This document shows positions 1 through 10,771 of a stretch of DNA of 64,000 nucleotides, piece by piece. A model generated the notes under the pieces. It was not told the DNA's origin and did not search any database. It saw nothing but the letters and a program-made list of their open reading frames with translations. Both the position numbers and the translations under genes were made by a program. Each line of letters begins with the position of its first letter. Positions within the stretch are counted from its first letter, which is position 1. The DNA is from a virus (Duplodnaviria > Heunggongvirae > Uroviricota > Caudoviricetes), in IMG/VR virus record IMGVR_UViG_3300032038_000047, positions 22,993-86,992 of that record; one strand, given 5' to 3'.

Positions 1-13
1 AGCTGTTGGCGGC

Positions 14-3000
14 ATGTTCGTCAAGATTGGAGCCGCGCTGCTTCTTGTGGCGCTCGCCGTCGGGGTGCTATCTATTATTCCGACAGCCAGAATGGAACCG
101 GCTATGCGGGCGCTTGCTATATTCGCTGCTGTAGTTGGCGTTATTGTAGCTATTATTGTTGGGCTTGCTTCCCACATGAATTACGCCTCGTTTGAGTCAG
201 CAGCATCTGTTGTCAAAGCGGCGGGCAATGCCTTTGTAAAGATTGGGGCGGCTTTGCTTATCATGGCCCTCTCGATCGCTATCCTGTCAATTGTTCCTAC
301 CGACCAAATGCAGCCTGCGGCAATTGCACTTGGCATTCTTGCCGGCGTTATCGGAGCAATCATGATTGCTATCACGGCAATTGCAGCGCATTCTAACGGC
401 ACGAGCGATGTAGCAGCGTCTTTGACTGCGGCCAGTACCGGTTTCGTCAAAATGGCAGCAGCAATTCTGATCATTGCCGGAGCGATTGCGTTGCTATCCA
501 ATTTTGGCGGATCCAACATGCTGGCTGCAGCAGGAGTAATCGCCGGTTTAGCCGCCGGTCTTGGGATAATGATAGGCATCCTATCCACACTAGATGCCGA
601 CGGGCTACAGACTGCCGCACAGACGTTCATTCTGGCGGCAACAGCATTCTTAATTATTGCGGCAGCGGTTGTGGTCCTCGGCTATGCGATGTCGCAGTTT
701 GAATCAGTTGGTCAGTTTGCTCTGGCTATTTTCACACTGGTTGGGGCGCTTGTAGCCCTAATGGCTGTTGTTGGTGTTATCGCATTTCTTAGCACTCAGG
801 TTCCCGGACTCAGCATGGCTCTGAGCGCCGTTGCTGATATTCTGATGATCATTGCCATGGCGTTCCTGGCTGCCGGTGTTGGTGTGCTTGCATTTTCTGT
901 TGGTATTCAGTTGCTTGCCAACAACACGCAAGCAATCCCGGCGGTGCTTTCCGCCATTGGGCAAGGCCTCCATATGATGGCCACTTACATCAAAAACGAT
1001 AAGGGCGAACTTGCAATCTTTGCCCTTGTGTTGGCAGGTGTAGGTGTCGCCTGCGCTGGACTTGCAAAGCTTGTTGCAGCTCTGGCCCCTGTGTTCAGCA
1101 CATTTGTAGAGCAGCTTGGGACCATTCTTAACACAGTTGTTACCGCAGTTATCAATGGCGTAGATAAGCTGGTCACGGCAGTTGGTAACGGACTTGGCAA
1201 GCTAATCTCGTTAATCGGTAGCCATCTGCCATCCTTGAAAACACTTCTGATTGCTGGCGCTGCCCTGCTGATTACCGGGTTCCTTGAGTTTATAACTGGA
1301 GCCATGGGAGATCTGGTGAACAGTATTGTAAAGCTTCTCATTGTGGGTATCAATAGTATCTCTATTGCGATCATTGACAATGGGGAACAGATTGGCGCGG
1401 CAATCGGCAACTTGCTTGAAGCGCTTGGGCTGCTGGTCTTGAATGGGATTAAGGGCCTTCTTGAAAGTTGGAATATTCCGACTGGATGGATGGACGACAT
1501 GTTCAATCTTGACGGAGCAAACAGTCTCGTTCTTGGACATCTTCGTGAAAATAACGAGAAACTCAACAGTGAAGTCAAAGAGACCATGTCCGGCGTCGAA
1601 GAGACCGCAAAAAATGGGCTGAAGAGCATTGGTAACACTGTTGCTGATGGCGCTGACGGATTGTTTGGTAAAGCAGGGACCGTTGCGACCGATGATATTC
1701 ATTCTGCCGGCACTGCTGTAAAGAACGAGATCACCAAAACCGGCAAGGAAATCGATGAACTCAGGCAGGAGCAGTTTGACCGCAACCGGCGCAATACTGT
1801 AGATGCTATTGACAAAACTGGCGAAACAATCGAACGAAATGTCGACGGCAGCATTATTAAACCCGCCCAGAAGAAAGCAATGGAAGCGGCGGGATTGATT
1901 TCCGATGCCGGAACAGGCAGTATATCAGCGAAGATCAAAGAGCTCGGCCTGAACTACAAAGATATGCAGTCCTGGGCAAACGAGTACTTTGACGGCAACA
2001 TTCAGAAAGCCACCGAGTTTGCAGAGGCGCTGGACCGCCTTAACAGCAGTACCGAAGGGCTTAAATGGTGGGCTGACAATTACTTTAATGGTGATGTTTC
2101 TGCCGCTATGGAACAGGGCCTTGCCAACCTGCAAGCTACCGGAAAAGTAACGGCGGACAGTTGGGAAGAAGCCGCTAATAATCTCAAGGCCTACCGTGGA
2201 GAAGGCGCGGATATTTCCGACAGCGTTGCTTATGCCAATGCCGGTAAAGCGGACGGAGAGGCGTATGGTAACAACTTTATTGACGCCTTCCAGGGCCTCA
2301 TGGCAGGAGAAGGTATTTCCGGGAGTACCCTTCTTGGAGATATGGACATGGGCCAGCTGGGCGACATGCTCAGCGGTGCCGGACTAAGCTTTGACGCCGA
2401 CAGCCTGGACTTGTCCAATATCTCCGAGGTGCTAACCGAAAACGGCTTTGACCTCCCGCTTACAGGTGTGGATTTCTCAAATCTGTCGCTGGATGAACTC
2501 ATGGCGTATATGAGTGACGTCGGAACGGATGCTGGAGAAACCGCGGGCGAGGAAGCCGTCAACACCGCTGCAGAGAACATCGCCGGCAGTTCTGGAGAGT
2601 TGGCAGCAGCTACCAACGCCGCCGCGTCTGAGGCGACCGTAGAGAACATGGAAGCCATCAAGACCAGTGCGGAAGAAGCCACCGCTGCGGCAGAGACGGC
2701 AACCGCTGCTTCCGAAACAGCTACCGCTGCGGCAGAGACTGCAACTACAGCAATGGAAACGGAAGCTACCGCCGCACAAGGAACCCAGACCGCAGCTGAA
2801 GCGGCCATGGCTGCCATGGATACGGCATCTGAGCAAGCTGCGGTGTCCGGATCGGCTATGATGATGGCGTATATCAGCGGTATTAATAAAAACAGTTCTA
2901 TTGTTGTTACTACTGTAGCGAACGTCGCGCAGGCAGCCGTTAATAAGCTCTCAAGTTTCCGACAGAATTTCTACAACACTGGTTTGAATCTTGGTCAGGG

Positions 3001-3631
3001 ACTAATTGATGGTTTGCAGGCAAAACAAAGTGAGGCTGAAACTGCCGGATACAACTATGGTAAAGCAACCGCGGATGCAGTAGCGAGAGGTGCAGACACA
3101 GCATCTCCTTCTAAAGCAACAATGCTTACCGGTAAATACATTGGCGAGGGGCTTATCATTGGTATGCGGCGTATGGCATCAAACGTGTCTGCTACGGGAG
3201 AGAAAATCGGTTCTTTGGCCGTTAACGCCATGCAGTCGACCATTGAACGAATTCGCGGTATTATTGACGGGACACTTGAGGTCGACCCTACCATCCGTCC
3301 TGTTTTGGATATGTCAAATGTTACTGCCGGAGCAATGGCAATGAACGGGCTGTTTGGGAACCCGAGTATGTCGTTGTCCAGCGCAAACCTTAGTGCAATT
3401 CGGTCTTTGTCCGGTCTTTCTATTGGCTCACAGCCAGCCTCTGCAGTGGCCGGAAGCAACGCCGATATCATAAGCGCCATCCGCGAAATGAGAGGGGACA
3501 TTGATCAGCTCGGCGACCGCATCAGCCAAATGCGCATCGTGATGGACTCCGGCGAGCTTGTCGGATCTATCGGAACCAAAATGGACCGCCGGCTCGGTGA
3601 GATTGCCAAACACAAAAGTCGCGGTAACTAA
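14..3631 (+). CDS. Tail tape measure protein. The ORF is open to the window edge, so it is probably 5'-truncated
   Basis: 1205 aa. Hydrophobic TM-like segments at the N-terminus. Long Ala/Gly/Ile-rich low-complexity stretches and an internal ETATAA(A) tandem repeat region near nt 2690-2790. The position directly upstream of the Dit/Tal-like genes fits a siphovirus TMP. Confidence 0.8.
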   Translation: MFVKIGAALLLVALAVGVLSIIPTARMEPAMRALAIFAAVVGVIVAIIVGLASHMNYASFESAASVVKAAGNAFVKIGAALLIMALSIAILSIVPTDQMQPAAIALGILAGVIGAIMIAITAIAAHSNGTSDVAASLTAASTGFVKMAAAILIIAGAIALLSNFGGSNMLAAAGVIAGLAAGLGIMIGILSTLDADGLQTAAQTFILAATAFLIIAAAVVVLGYAMSQFESVGQFALAIFTLVGALVALMAVVGVIAFLSTQVPGLSMALSAVADILMIIAMAFLAAGVGVLAFSVGIQLLANNTQAIPAVLSAIGQGLHMMATYIKNDKGELAIFALVLAGVGVACAGLAKLVAALAPVFSTFVEQLGTILNTVVTAVINGVDKLVTAVGNGLGKLISLIGSHLPSLKTLLIAGAALLITGFLEFITGAMGDLVNSIVKLLIVGINSISIAIIDNGEQIGAAIGNLLEALGLLVLNGIKGLLESWNIPTGWMDDMFNLDGANSLVLGHLRENNEKLNSEVKETMSGVEETAKNGLKSIGNTVADGADGLFGKAGTVATDDIHSAGTAVKNEITKTGKEIDELRQEQFDRNRRNTVDAIDKTGETIERNVDGSIIKPAQKKAMEAAGLISDAGTGSISAKIKELGLNYKDMQSWANEYFDGNIQKATEFAEALDRLNSSTEGLKWWADNYFNGDVSAAMEQGLANLQATGKVTADSWEEAANNLKAYRGEGADISDSVAYANAGKADGEAYGNNFIDAFQGLMAGEGISGSTLLGDMDMGQLGDMLSGAGLSFDADSLDLSNISEVLTENGFDLPLTGVDFSNLSLDELMAYMSDVGTDAGETAGEEAVNTAAENIAGSSGELAAATNAAASEATVENMEAIKTSAEEATAAAETATAASETATAAAETATTAMETEATAAQGTQTAAEAAMAAMDTASEQAAVSGSAMMMAYISGINKNSSIVVTTVANVAQAAVNKLSSFRQNFYNTGLNLGQGLIDGLQAKQSEAETAGYNYGKATADAVARGADTASPSKATMLTGKYIGEGLIIGMRRMASNVSATGEKIGSLAVNAMQSTIERIRGIIDGTLEVDPTIRPVLDMSNVTAGAMAMNGLFGNPSMSLSSANLSAIRSLSGLSIGSQPASAVAGSNADIISAIREMRGDIDQLGDRISQMRIVMDSGELVGSIGTKMDRRLGEIAKHKSRGN

Positions 3632-3640
3632 ACAAAAACG

Positions 3641-3687
3641 ACCCGGTCTGTTGGCTACTACTCAGCTTTCAGACCGGGCTATTTTAC
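3641..3687 (+). terminator. Rho-independent terminator after the TMP gene
   Basis: GC hairpin CCCGGTCTG...CAGACCGGG followed by CTATTTT. Confidence 0.6.
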
Positions 3688-3721
3688 TGAACAACCACAA
3701 ATTCAAAATGGGAGGAACCCA

Positions 3722-5122
3722 ATGTATCATTCGATCTATTTCGCTCCGTCGCCAGAGGTGTTTCAGTCTGGTATTATCGACAAGAACGAGACGGACAGGC
3801 AAAAAGTTATAGACATCTGGGAAGATTGGCACCTGGTTTCCTCCTCGCGTCCGCTGTTCCTTCCTCCGAAACTTAAAGACAGCTACGTAGATATTCCGGG
3901 TGGAGATGGAGCACTGGATCTTTCCGAGGTGCTAACCGGAACGCCTGTATACAGCAACCGAACCGGAAGCTGGGATTTGTACGTCATGAATGGCTACTGG
4001 GATTGGGTTGATGCATATTCCACCATCATGAACTATCTTCACGGACAGCGCATGTACGCGATTCTCGAAGATGATAAGGCCCATTACTACGAGGGCCGGT
4101 TCACAGTGAATACGTGGAGGAGCGATCCGAGCTACAGTAGAATTACCATTAACTATAACGTTGACCCTTATAAATATACGGTCCTTCAGAATGAATGGTA
4201 CTGGAATCCCTTTGATTTCGGGGCGCCTTTAGACGACAACATCAATACGGACGCAGATTACGGTCAATGGCTAGAGGCCAATAGAAAAGGCAACACTGCT
4301 TTGATGGGCCATACATATCACCATGAGAATACCATTAACGGCGTGGACCTGCTTAGCCCAGAGAACGAGAGCACAGCTCGGATAAGCGCTAATGATTTCC
4401 AACTCGCTTTCGGCGGCGGCGCCATCCCAGATTATCAAAACATGACCGTTGCTGGAACGCTTGAGACCGTAGTTAAGGGTATTGGTAAAAAGATTACGCC
4501 GACATTTGAAGCTGCTCTTCCAAGCACTACAGTAAACAGCGTAACGTACGTAGACACATGGAATTACAGTGGTTTGAACGGAAAGACACACGTCGGTTGG
4601 CAGACGCAGAGCCAAGCCGAAGATTTTAGGGTGGGCGACTATGCTCCAGTAAAACCAGCCGAAACTATATCCGAAGGTATGCTTCAGAGTGCAACACTAT
4701 ATCTGACAATCGACGGAACCACCTACACTATTCCTCTACATACGGAGGCAAATGACAGCCTCAATTCTGGGGCCTATGCACTTTTTGGGACGGTACCTAA
4801 TACGGATCCGACGCCGAAAGTAAAGCCATATGTAATCTGCGTTCCAAACGAGCTATCCGATACACCTGCCGGAACATATTTTAAAAGGGAGTCTGGCGAT
4901 ACCTGGACAAAAGCAGAACTAACCTGGACGCAGACCCCCGACACAACATACGGAGTCACTGTCCAGCAGATCTACCCGGATGGAACCAGCACGGAGCGTT
5001 TTCAGATCCCGTATGGAGGAAAAGTCTATATTCCAGGAATCCTAATCGTTGACGGTGCTAATACACTTATTTTCAGGGGCTGTGGAACAGTGACCATGAA
5101 CTACAGAGGAGCAAGCCTGTAA
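3722..5122 (+). CDS. Distal tail protein (Dit)-like, phage tail family protein
   Basis: 466 aa ORF immediately downstream of the TMP, which is the conserved siphovirus gene order. Its RBS lies in the AATTCAAAATGGGAGG element. Confidence 0.5.
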   Translation: MYHSIYFAPSPEVFQSGIIDKNETDRQKVIDIWEDWHLVSSSRPLFLPPKLKDSYVDIPGGDGALDLSEVLTGTPVYSNRTGSWDLYVMNGYWDWVDAYSTIMNYLHGQRMYAILEDDKAHYYEGRFTVNTWRSDPSYSRITINYNVDPYKYTVLQNEWYWNPFDFGAPLDDNINTDADYGQWLEANRKGNTALMGHTYHHENTINGVDLLSPENESTARISANDFQLAFGGGAIPDYQNMTVAGTLETVVKGIGKKITPTFEAALPSTTVNSVTYVDTWNYSGLNGKTHVGWQTQSQAEDFRVGDYAPVKPAETISEGMLQSATLYLTIDGTTYTIPLHTEANDSLNSGAYALFGTVPNTDPTPKVKPYVICVPNELSDTPAGTYFKRESGDTWTKAELTWTQTPDTTYGVTVQQIYPDGTSTERFQIPYGGKVYIPGILIVDGANTLIFRGCGTVTMNYRGASL

Positions 5123-6360
5123 TGTATTACATCTATATAGACAATCTGTCATGGGACAGTGCGGGCAATTTAAAACCACATCAGGAGCGGTTAATGTATA
5201 TGCCAGGCGTGGACGACCTGCTTGTGCTGAATCCGAAGCTCACGATGGAATTAAACAAGGCCGGTTCTCTGGAATTCAAAATGCCATATAACCATATCAT
5301 GCTGGAGGATCTTCATGAGCTTCGATCCAACGTAATTGTTCGGAGAGACCGGCGGACCATCTGGAAAGGGCGCGTCACCAAAATCGATCGCGATTTTTAC
5401 AAAAATGCCAGTGTTTACTGCGAAGGGGCGCTCGCGTTTCTTAATGATACGTTGGTTCCTCCTTACGAGTATAAAGAAACTACAACTACCGTTGCGCAAT
5501 TATTTGAATATTTCATTACACAACATGTGATAGAAGCTTCCGAGGGACGTAAAATCCAATTAGCAACCCCTTCTTGCGATGTCACCAAAGTGTCCTGGGA
5601 GGTAGAGCATTATCCGGAGCTGGTAATACCCGAGGGCAGCACCGGTGATGAGACCCACGTCATTGACCCAAACGACACGGAGATCAAAGTCGAAAACAAG
5701 TCATATCCTCAGACTCTGGAAGAACTGACGAGCGTTCTTGTAGATGAGTATGGTGGATATTTGTATCTGACATATGGCGCAAATGACAAGTACTATCTGG
5801 GCTATTACCAAAAGTATGGCGGATCCGAACAGAGAAGATCCCGACAGAAGATCATGTTCGGAATCAACCTGCTGGACTTCTCAGAAAGTCAAAGTGCGGA
5901 AGATCTCTTTACCCGTATCCGTCCCATCGGCGCTTCCGATCTTGCAACGGATCCTGCGGTTATTGAGAATAAGACCGCCATGCAGGAGTACGGGAAAATC
6001 ACCCGCACCGAAACGTGGAACGATATTGAAGATGCTAACGAGCTTCTTCGCAAGGGACGGAAACGGCTGCTTGAGGGGTCGCGCATCAGTCAGACGATTG
6101 CGATTAAGGCAGTTGACCTGCAATTGCTTCGGCCTGACGAGGAGGACGAGATCGAGCTTGGCGATAAAGTCGGCGTGTTCTCAGCTCCGCACGGTATCAA
6201 TCAGGAGTATATTTGTTCCCAGATCATTATCGATCTGCAGGATCCATCTAACACAGAGTACGTGTTCGGAGACGTATATACATCACTTACCGGCACACGG
6301 GTTTCCGGAGATACTTCCTCCGTCGTGCTGGACAATCAGGCTGAAACCCAGGAGTTTTAG
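5122..6360 (+). CDS. Tail-associated lysin / tail endopeptidase (Tal)-like protein
   Basis: 412 aa. Its start overlaps the stop of the Dit-like gene (ATGTAATG-style coupling). It sits at the third position of the TMP-Dit-Tal order. Confidence 0.45.
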   Translation: MYYIYIDNLSWDSAGNLKPHQERLMYMPGVDDLLVLNPKLTMELNKAGSLEFKMPYNHIMLEDLHELRSNVIVRRDRRTIWKGRVTKIDRDFYKNASVYCEGALAFLNDTLVPPYEYKETTTTVAQLFEYFITQHVIEASEGRKIQLATPSCDVTKVSWEVEHYPELVIPEGSTGDETHVIDPNDTEIKVENKSYPQTLEELTSVLVDEYGGYLYLTYGANDKYYLGYYQKYGGSEQRRSRQKIMFGINLLDFSESQSAEDLFTRIRPIGASDLATDPAVIENKTAMQEYGKITRTETWNDIEDANELLRKGRKRLLEGSRISQTIAIKAVDLQLLRPDEEDEIELGDKVGVFSAPHGINQEYICSQIIIDLQDPSNTEYVFGDVYTSLTGTRVSGDTSSVVLDNQAETQEF

Positions 6361-6393
6361 GGTTACGGCAATACGATGAAAGGAGAGTTGATT

Positions 6394-7083
6394 ATGGCTA
6401 ACATCACCAATGAACTCGACACAATCAGTTCAGGTGTATATGGCCGCGATATTAAAAGGGCTATTCATAGCGCTATCGACAAATTAAACCAAAACGGCAC
6501 AGAAGGTCTGTCTGATGCGGCTGCCAATGCGGCTGTAAGTGCCACCAAGTATCAGAGTATTGACAAGGCTTCTGCAGAAGGACAGGAGGCACTTAATTGG
6601 CTTGTAGAAAATGGGTTTATGCAGGGTGGAGAAGCGTTCACACCGATGAACAAAGACGTTGTCCGAGCATTTATTATTCTTAAACGTATGGGTCTCATCG
6701 GAAACGATGATTCACAGGGTGCCTCTGGGTATAAGATCTATACGTATTTCAGAGCGAGAGCAGACGCCAATGGCATCCCCCGATGGGCACAGCCAACCAT
6801 CTACAAGCTGATGCACAAAGTTGGCATAGATGGACATCCTTTGCTCCGTGGCGTAGACGATCCACTTACGTCAGACCCGGTGCTTGTTATTGGGGATGAC
6901 AACCAAGATTACCCATTCGTATATGATAAAACGCCTCTGTCCAGCTCGGAACAGCGTGGACTGTATAACATCAAACTGAATATTTCAAGCGAGATGCTCC
7001 GCACGCTGGTAATCATTGACCGGTCTGGTTATTTTGAGGATCTTGTTTGGACCTCGATAAATTGCGACGCTCAGCTGCCATAA
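6394..7083 (+). CDS. Hypothetical tail/baseplate-associated protein
   Basis: ORF with AAAGGAGAG RBS ahead of the ATG at 6394. The upstream M at 6376 lies inside the RBS. It sits within the tail module. Confidence 0.5.
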   Translation: MANITNELDTISSGVYGRDIKRAIHSAIDKLNQNGTEGLSDAAANAAVSATKYQSIDKASAEGQEALNWLVENGFMQGGEAFTPMNKDVVRAFIILKRMGLIGNDDSQGASGYKIYTYFRARADANGIPRWAQPTIYKLMHKVGIDGHPLLRGVDDPLTSDPVLVIGDDNQDYPFVYDKTPLSSSEQRGLYNIKLNISSEMLRTLVIIDRSGYFEDLVWTSINCDAQLP

Positions 7084-7098
7084 AGGACGTGATACACC

Positions 7099-7851
7099 AT
7101 GGCCAGATTAGTATGGGATCAGACGGCGGAACGGCTGTATGAGACCGGCGTCCGGTACTGCGTGGCGTATCCGTTTAACCGGAGCAGAGAGCATCCATAT
7201 TCTCCGGGTGTCGCATGGAATGGACTGACGGCAATCAAGCAGGACCCAAATGTCACGTTCAAGCCGATTTATGCAGACGACACCAAGTATTTGAATCTCC
7301 CCCATGAGTCTCTGAAGCTGAAAGTGGACGCCTATACCTATCCTGATACTATCGCCATCGCTGACGGTTCCGCTGATCTGGCACGGGGCCTTCGTCTTAG
7401 TCAGCAGCGGAGAAAGATATTTGGGCTCAGCTATGTATCCACGGTCGGAAATGACACAGAGCTCAACGACTATGGCTATAAGATTCATCTGATCTACGGA
7501 TGTATGGCCTCTCCGGTTGAGAAAGCGTTTTCGACCATAAATGACGGAATCGGGCCTGTGACATTTTCCTGGGACGTCATCACCAACCCCATTACACTGG
7601 AAGGATTCAAACCACTGTCGGTCATCACGGTTGACTCCGCTACCTGTGCACTGACTCCGGAAGGCCAATCCGGCCTTGTCAAGCTTCGGGATATTTTGTG
7701 GGGCACCGATACGACAGAACCATACCTTCCGCTGCCGTGGGAAGTGGTGGAGATATTTACGGCGAAGAAGTTCTATCTTGTGGATGAGCTTGATCAGATT
7801 CTTATGGATGAGGACGGAAACTTCTACATTGACGCTGATGGGGATTCGTGA
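7099..7851 (+). CDS. Hypothetical tail module protein
   Basis: 250 aa ORF co-directional with and tightly packed against the neighbouring tail genes. Confidence 0.5.
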   Translation: MARLVWDQTAERLYETGVRYCVAYPFNRSREHPYSPGVAWNGLTAIKQDPNVTFKPIYADDTKYLNLPHESLKLKVDAYTYPDTIAIADGSADLARGLRLSQQRRKIFGLSYVSTVGNDTELNDYGYKIHLIYGCMASPVEKAFSTINDGIGPVTFSWDVITNPITLEGFKPLSVITVDSATCALTPEGQSGLVKLRDILWGTDTTEPYLPLPWEVVEIFTAKKFYLVDELDQILMDEDGNFYIDADGDS

Positions 7852-7860
7852 GGTGAGGCA

Positions 7861-8055
7861 ATGAGCGATATTTATACTGCAGATAAAGAAACAGTCTCAG
7901 GCGTTGCACCGCACGACAAATACGTAATTGAGCAGGATAAAAAACTTCGCCTTATCACCAGAGAAGAAGCAGCTTTGGGAGAGAAAGGCGTGATTGCTGC
8001 ATGGTTAAATGACCGTGGAGAATTGCTGCTCCAACTGGGCGGAAAGGAGGACTGA
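7861..8055 (+). CDS. Small hypothetical protein
   Basis: 64 aa ORF with GGTGAGG RBS, tightly packed. Confidence 0.4.
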   Translation: MSDIYTADKETVSGVAPHDKYVIEQDKKLRLITREEAALGEKGVIAAWLNDRGELLLQLGGKED

Positions 8056-8059
8056 CGTC

Positions 8060-8509
8060 ATGCCGAATATACCACTTGCAACCAAGCCAAAAACCAATCA
8101 TATGCTGGACCATGACAGCTTCCTTACCGTCACAGAAGAGGGCCTCAACCGCCGGGTGGAGCGAAAAGATCTTGAGGTTGATGAAGATATCTCACTGATT
8201 CTGGATGGATACATTAACGAGCACGGTGAACTGATGTTGGTCCTTGGCGATATGTTTGACAACAACCCGGCGACTGTTGAATTTAACTATATGATACCCG
8301 GAGGCGGTGGCAGCGTTGGCGACTTTGAGGTCGGTCCAGTTGAAAGTGTGGGTGACAGACTGTCCAGTAGCGACGAAACGGTTGCTACAGCATTGGTCGC
8401 TATCTATGGGGTGCATCAGCTTGGACACTACAGCGGCTGTCACAGCGGCGAGAAGCTCAGCGACAGTACAGATATTAATTCGGTACATAGGGAGGAAAAT
8501 GCATCGTGA
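8060..8509 (+). CDS. Hypothetical protein
   Basis: GGAGGA RBS 6 nt upstream of the ATG at 8060, in frame with the longer ORF that begins at 8009. Confidence 0.45.
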   Translation: MPNIPLATKPKTNHMLDHDSFLTVTEEGLNRRVERKDLEVDEDISLILDGYINEHGELMLVLGDMFDNNPATVEFNYMIPGGGGSVGDFEVGPVESVGDRLSSSDETVATALVAIYGVHQLGHYSGCHSGEKLSDSTDINSVHREENAS

Positions 8510-9072
8510 ACGGTGTTATCAATAAAAACTGGCTTGGAATCAAGAATAGCATGCTTCTTAAGGGATATGGCGGCAGCGGGAAGTACTACAAAGCCGGTGT
8601 TACAGACGTGATTGACACTACAGGCGCTACGGCGGTTGCACACAGTATCACGTCCTTACTTGGAGATAATCTAGTCAATAGCAGTAGCACCTCGGCTGAA
8701 GCTCTTACTGTGCGTTTTGGTACGTCGAACACCCCGCCAACTGGAGAAGAACGGAATCTAGGCAGCCCCTGGACGAACAATCTAAAATATGTGAAAACAA
8801 CACGTAGCAATTTGACATGGAACGGGAATACTGCGTCACGTACATATACTGTTACTGTACAAAGCGAGGCGAGTGGTTCTGAAGTGATTCGAGAATTTGG
8901 CTTGTTCTGTCACGGGATTAGAACGAGTAGTAGCAACGGTTGTGACATTCTTCTATATCATGAGATTCTTGACGAACCCATTACACTCAACCAGTTTGAG
9001 ACCGCCACCATCTCCTTTACGGTCTCTATGACCTTCACTGAGCCGACCAGTGGGTGGGTGGCGCCGGCATGA
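8506..9072 (+). CDS. Hypothetical tail fibre-region protein
   Basis: 188 aa, Ser/Thr-rich. Start codon overlaps the previous stop (translational coupling). Confidence 0.45.
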   Translation: MNGVINKNWLGIKNSMLLKGYGGSGKYYKAGVTDVIDTTGATAVAHSITSLLGDNLVNSSSTSAEALTVRFGTSNTPPTGEERNLGSPWTNNLKYVKTTRSNLTWNGNTASRTYTVTVQSEASGSEVIREFGLFCHGIRTSSSNGCDILLYHEILDEPITLNQFETATISFTVSMTFTEPTSGWVAPA

Positions 9073-9263
9073 GCAGAGTTATAAATGTTGGGCCGGTTAC
9101 AGCTTATGGGCTGGCTGTAAAAAACGGATTTGTTGGGACTGAGCGGGAATGGCTGGAGAGTTTGCACGATCACACTACCTGGGTAGGAACCAAAGCCGAA
9201 TATGACGCGCTACCGGCTCATGACGAGGGAACTATCTACTATACGCTGGAGGAGTCTACATGA
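9054..9263 (+). CDS. Small hypothetical protein
   Basis: 69 aa ORF bridging the neighbouring genes with overlaps at both ends. Confidence 0.35.
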   Translation: MGGAGMSRVINVGPVTAYGLAVKNGFVGTEREWLESLHDHTTWVGTKAEYDALPAHDEGTIYYTLEEST

Positions 9264-10759
9264 TTAATGCCCCCACTAGTTACGCGGCGGCTATATATCA
9301 GGGCGAACGAAACATAGAAGAAGTACGAATCGGCAACAATAAAGTTTGGCCAACCATGGGGGAACCGTCAATTTTTCAGCTAACGTTGACGTCAAAGCTA
9401 GACATCGATATTTATTATACCCAGACAGCCCCTTCCAGTGTATTGGTAAACTGGGGTGATGGCTCTGAGCCAGGATACACGCCGGCTTTGAATGCACATC
9501 TTCATCACCGTTATTATGAGCCAGGTGACTATGAACTACAGCTGACTTCCCGAAAGGGGTGTACGTGGAGTCCAGGTGCAGTTGATCAAAACGATTCTAC
9601 TATCAACTATGGATTCTTAGGCAGTTATGGATCAACAAAGGACGGTACGACACCGGAGCTGACAGGATTTGCTCTTTCTAAAGAAGCCAGGCTTGATGTT
9701 CCATATGCGTTTTATGGCTGTACCGGACTTACCTCGGCGTCTGTTCCGGCGTTTATTTCTTCCACGAGCGATTATATTTTTGAAGCATGTTCTGGTTTAA
9801 CGGAAATCTCCCTTCCGGACTCCATGCAAACCATCGCTTGGGGTTTGCTATTCGACTGCTCAGCGCTTGTAGAAATTACGTTACCCTGCAATTTGAGCTC
9901 CATTAGTGGTCATGCGTTTCGCGGAACGGGTATACGAACCATTGATATTCCGAGCACCGTTACCAGCATTGGCGAAAATGCATTTGCTTATTGCACGGAT
10001 CTTGAGGCTTTTTATTTCCCACCGCTTGTGACCGCTATTGCGAACGATGTACTCCGTAACTGCACGTCCCTCTCGGTAGTCACCATTCCAGAAGGCGTTG
10101 TATCAATCGGTTCGCAGGCGTTTTTCCTCTGCTCCAGTTTAAGCAGCTTGTCACTGCCGGCATCATTAACGAACATATATGGAGACAACAATACGGACGG
10201 CAATATGATTTGCTTCCAGCGTAGTGGCATAACTAACTTTCATGTTGCAGAGGAGAATCCAGCATTCTGTGATGTCGATGGAGTGCTGTATACTAAGGAC
10301 CGATCCACGTTGCTGGTATATCCGCCGGCAAGGCAAGGGGCATATACAGTACCAAGAAAAGTTACTGTCCATTATCATGCATTTTATTATTGTGTTGGCT
10401 TAACAAAGATAACCTTATCAACTGGTGTGGTACTTGCGGGTGCAGGTGATGGGCATACGTTCGGAGCATCGGCCTTCCAATTCTGCACGGCCCTTATTGA
10501 GGCGGATCTTGGGTTAACAACCATTTACGGGCATGTGTTCCAGAACTGCACTGCGCTTGAGAAGGTTTGGCTGCGGTCCACGTGTACCACTATAACTGCT
10601 TCTGCCGTCAGCCAGTCGCCGTTTTACACGACAAACAAAAACTGTGTACTGTATGTAGCGGCCAGCAGCAAGCCATCTGGCTTTGGAAGCTATTGGGATA
10701 ATTATGACGGTTCAACAAAACTATCCGTGGTGTACAGACAAACCACTAGCCCATTCTAA
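9260..10759 (+). CDS. Leucine-rich repeat (BspA-type LRR) protein, candidate receptor-binding or host-adhesion protein
   Basis: Repeated roughly 22-aa units of the form L..I.IP.SVTSIG..AF..C..L (for example 'ITLPCNLSSISGHAFRGTGIRTIDIPSTVTSIGENAFAYCTDLE'), which is characteristic of the Treponema/BspA LRR family. It is located at the distal end of the tail module. Confidence 0.7.
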   Translation: MINAPTSYAAAIYQGERNIEEVRIGNNKVWPTMGEPSIFQLTLTSKLDIDIYYTQTAPSSVLVNWGDGSEPGYTPALNAHLHHRYYEPGDYELQLTSRKGCTWSPGAVDQNDSTINYGFLGSYGSTKDGTTPELTGFALSKEARLDVPYAFYGCTGLTSASVPAFISSTSDYIFEACSGLTEISLPDSMQTIAWGLLFDCSALVEITLPCNLSSISGHAFRGTGIRTIDIPSTVTSIGENAFAYCTDLEAFYFPPLVTAIANDVLRNCTSLSVVTIPEGVVSIGSQAFFLCSSLSSLSLPASLTNIYGDNNTDGNMICFQRSGITNFHVAEENPAFCDVDGVLYTKDRSTLLVYPPARQGAYTVPRKVTVHYHAFYYCVGLTKITLSTGVVLAGAGDGHTFGASAFQFCTALIEADLGLTTIYGHVFQNCTALEKVWLRSTCTTITASAVSQSPFYTTNKNCVLYVAASSKPSGFGSYWDNYDGSTKLSVVYRQTTSPF

Positions 10760-10771
10760 GGAGGTGTCGTT

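Noticed and set aside
181-3613. Minus-strand and alternative-frame ORFs inside the tape-measure gene (181-630, 985-1638, 1211-1702, 2230-2817, 2477-2836, 3055-3501 and others).
   Set aside because: They lie entirely within a long, well-supported + strand ORF with biased Ala/Gly composition. Antisense ORFs are expected by chance in GC-rich low-complexity DNA. They have no RBS.
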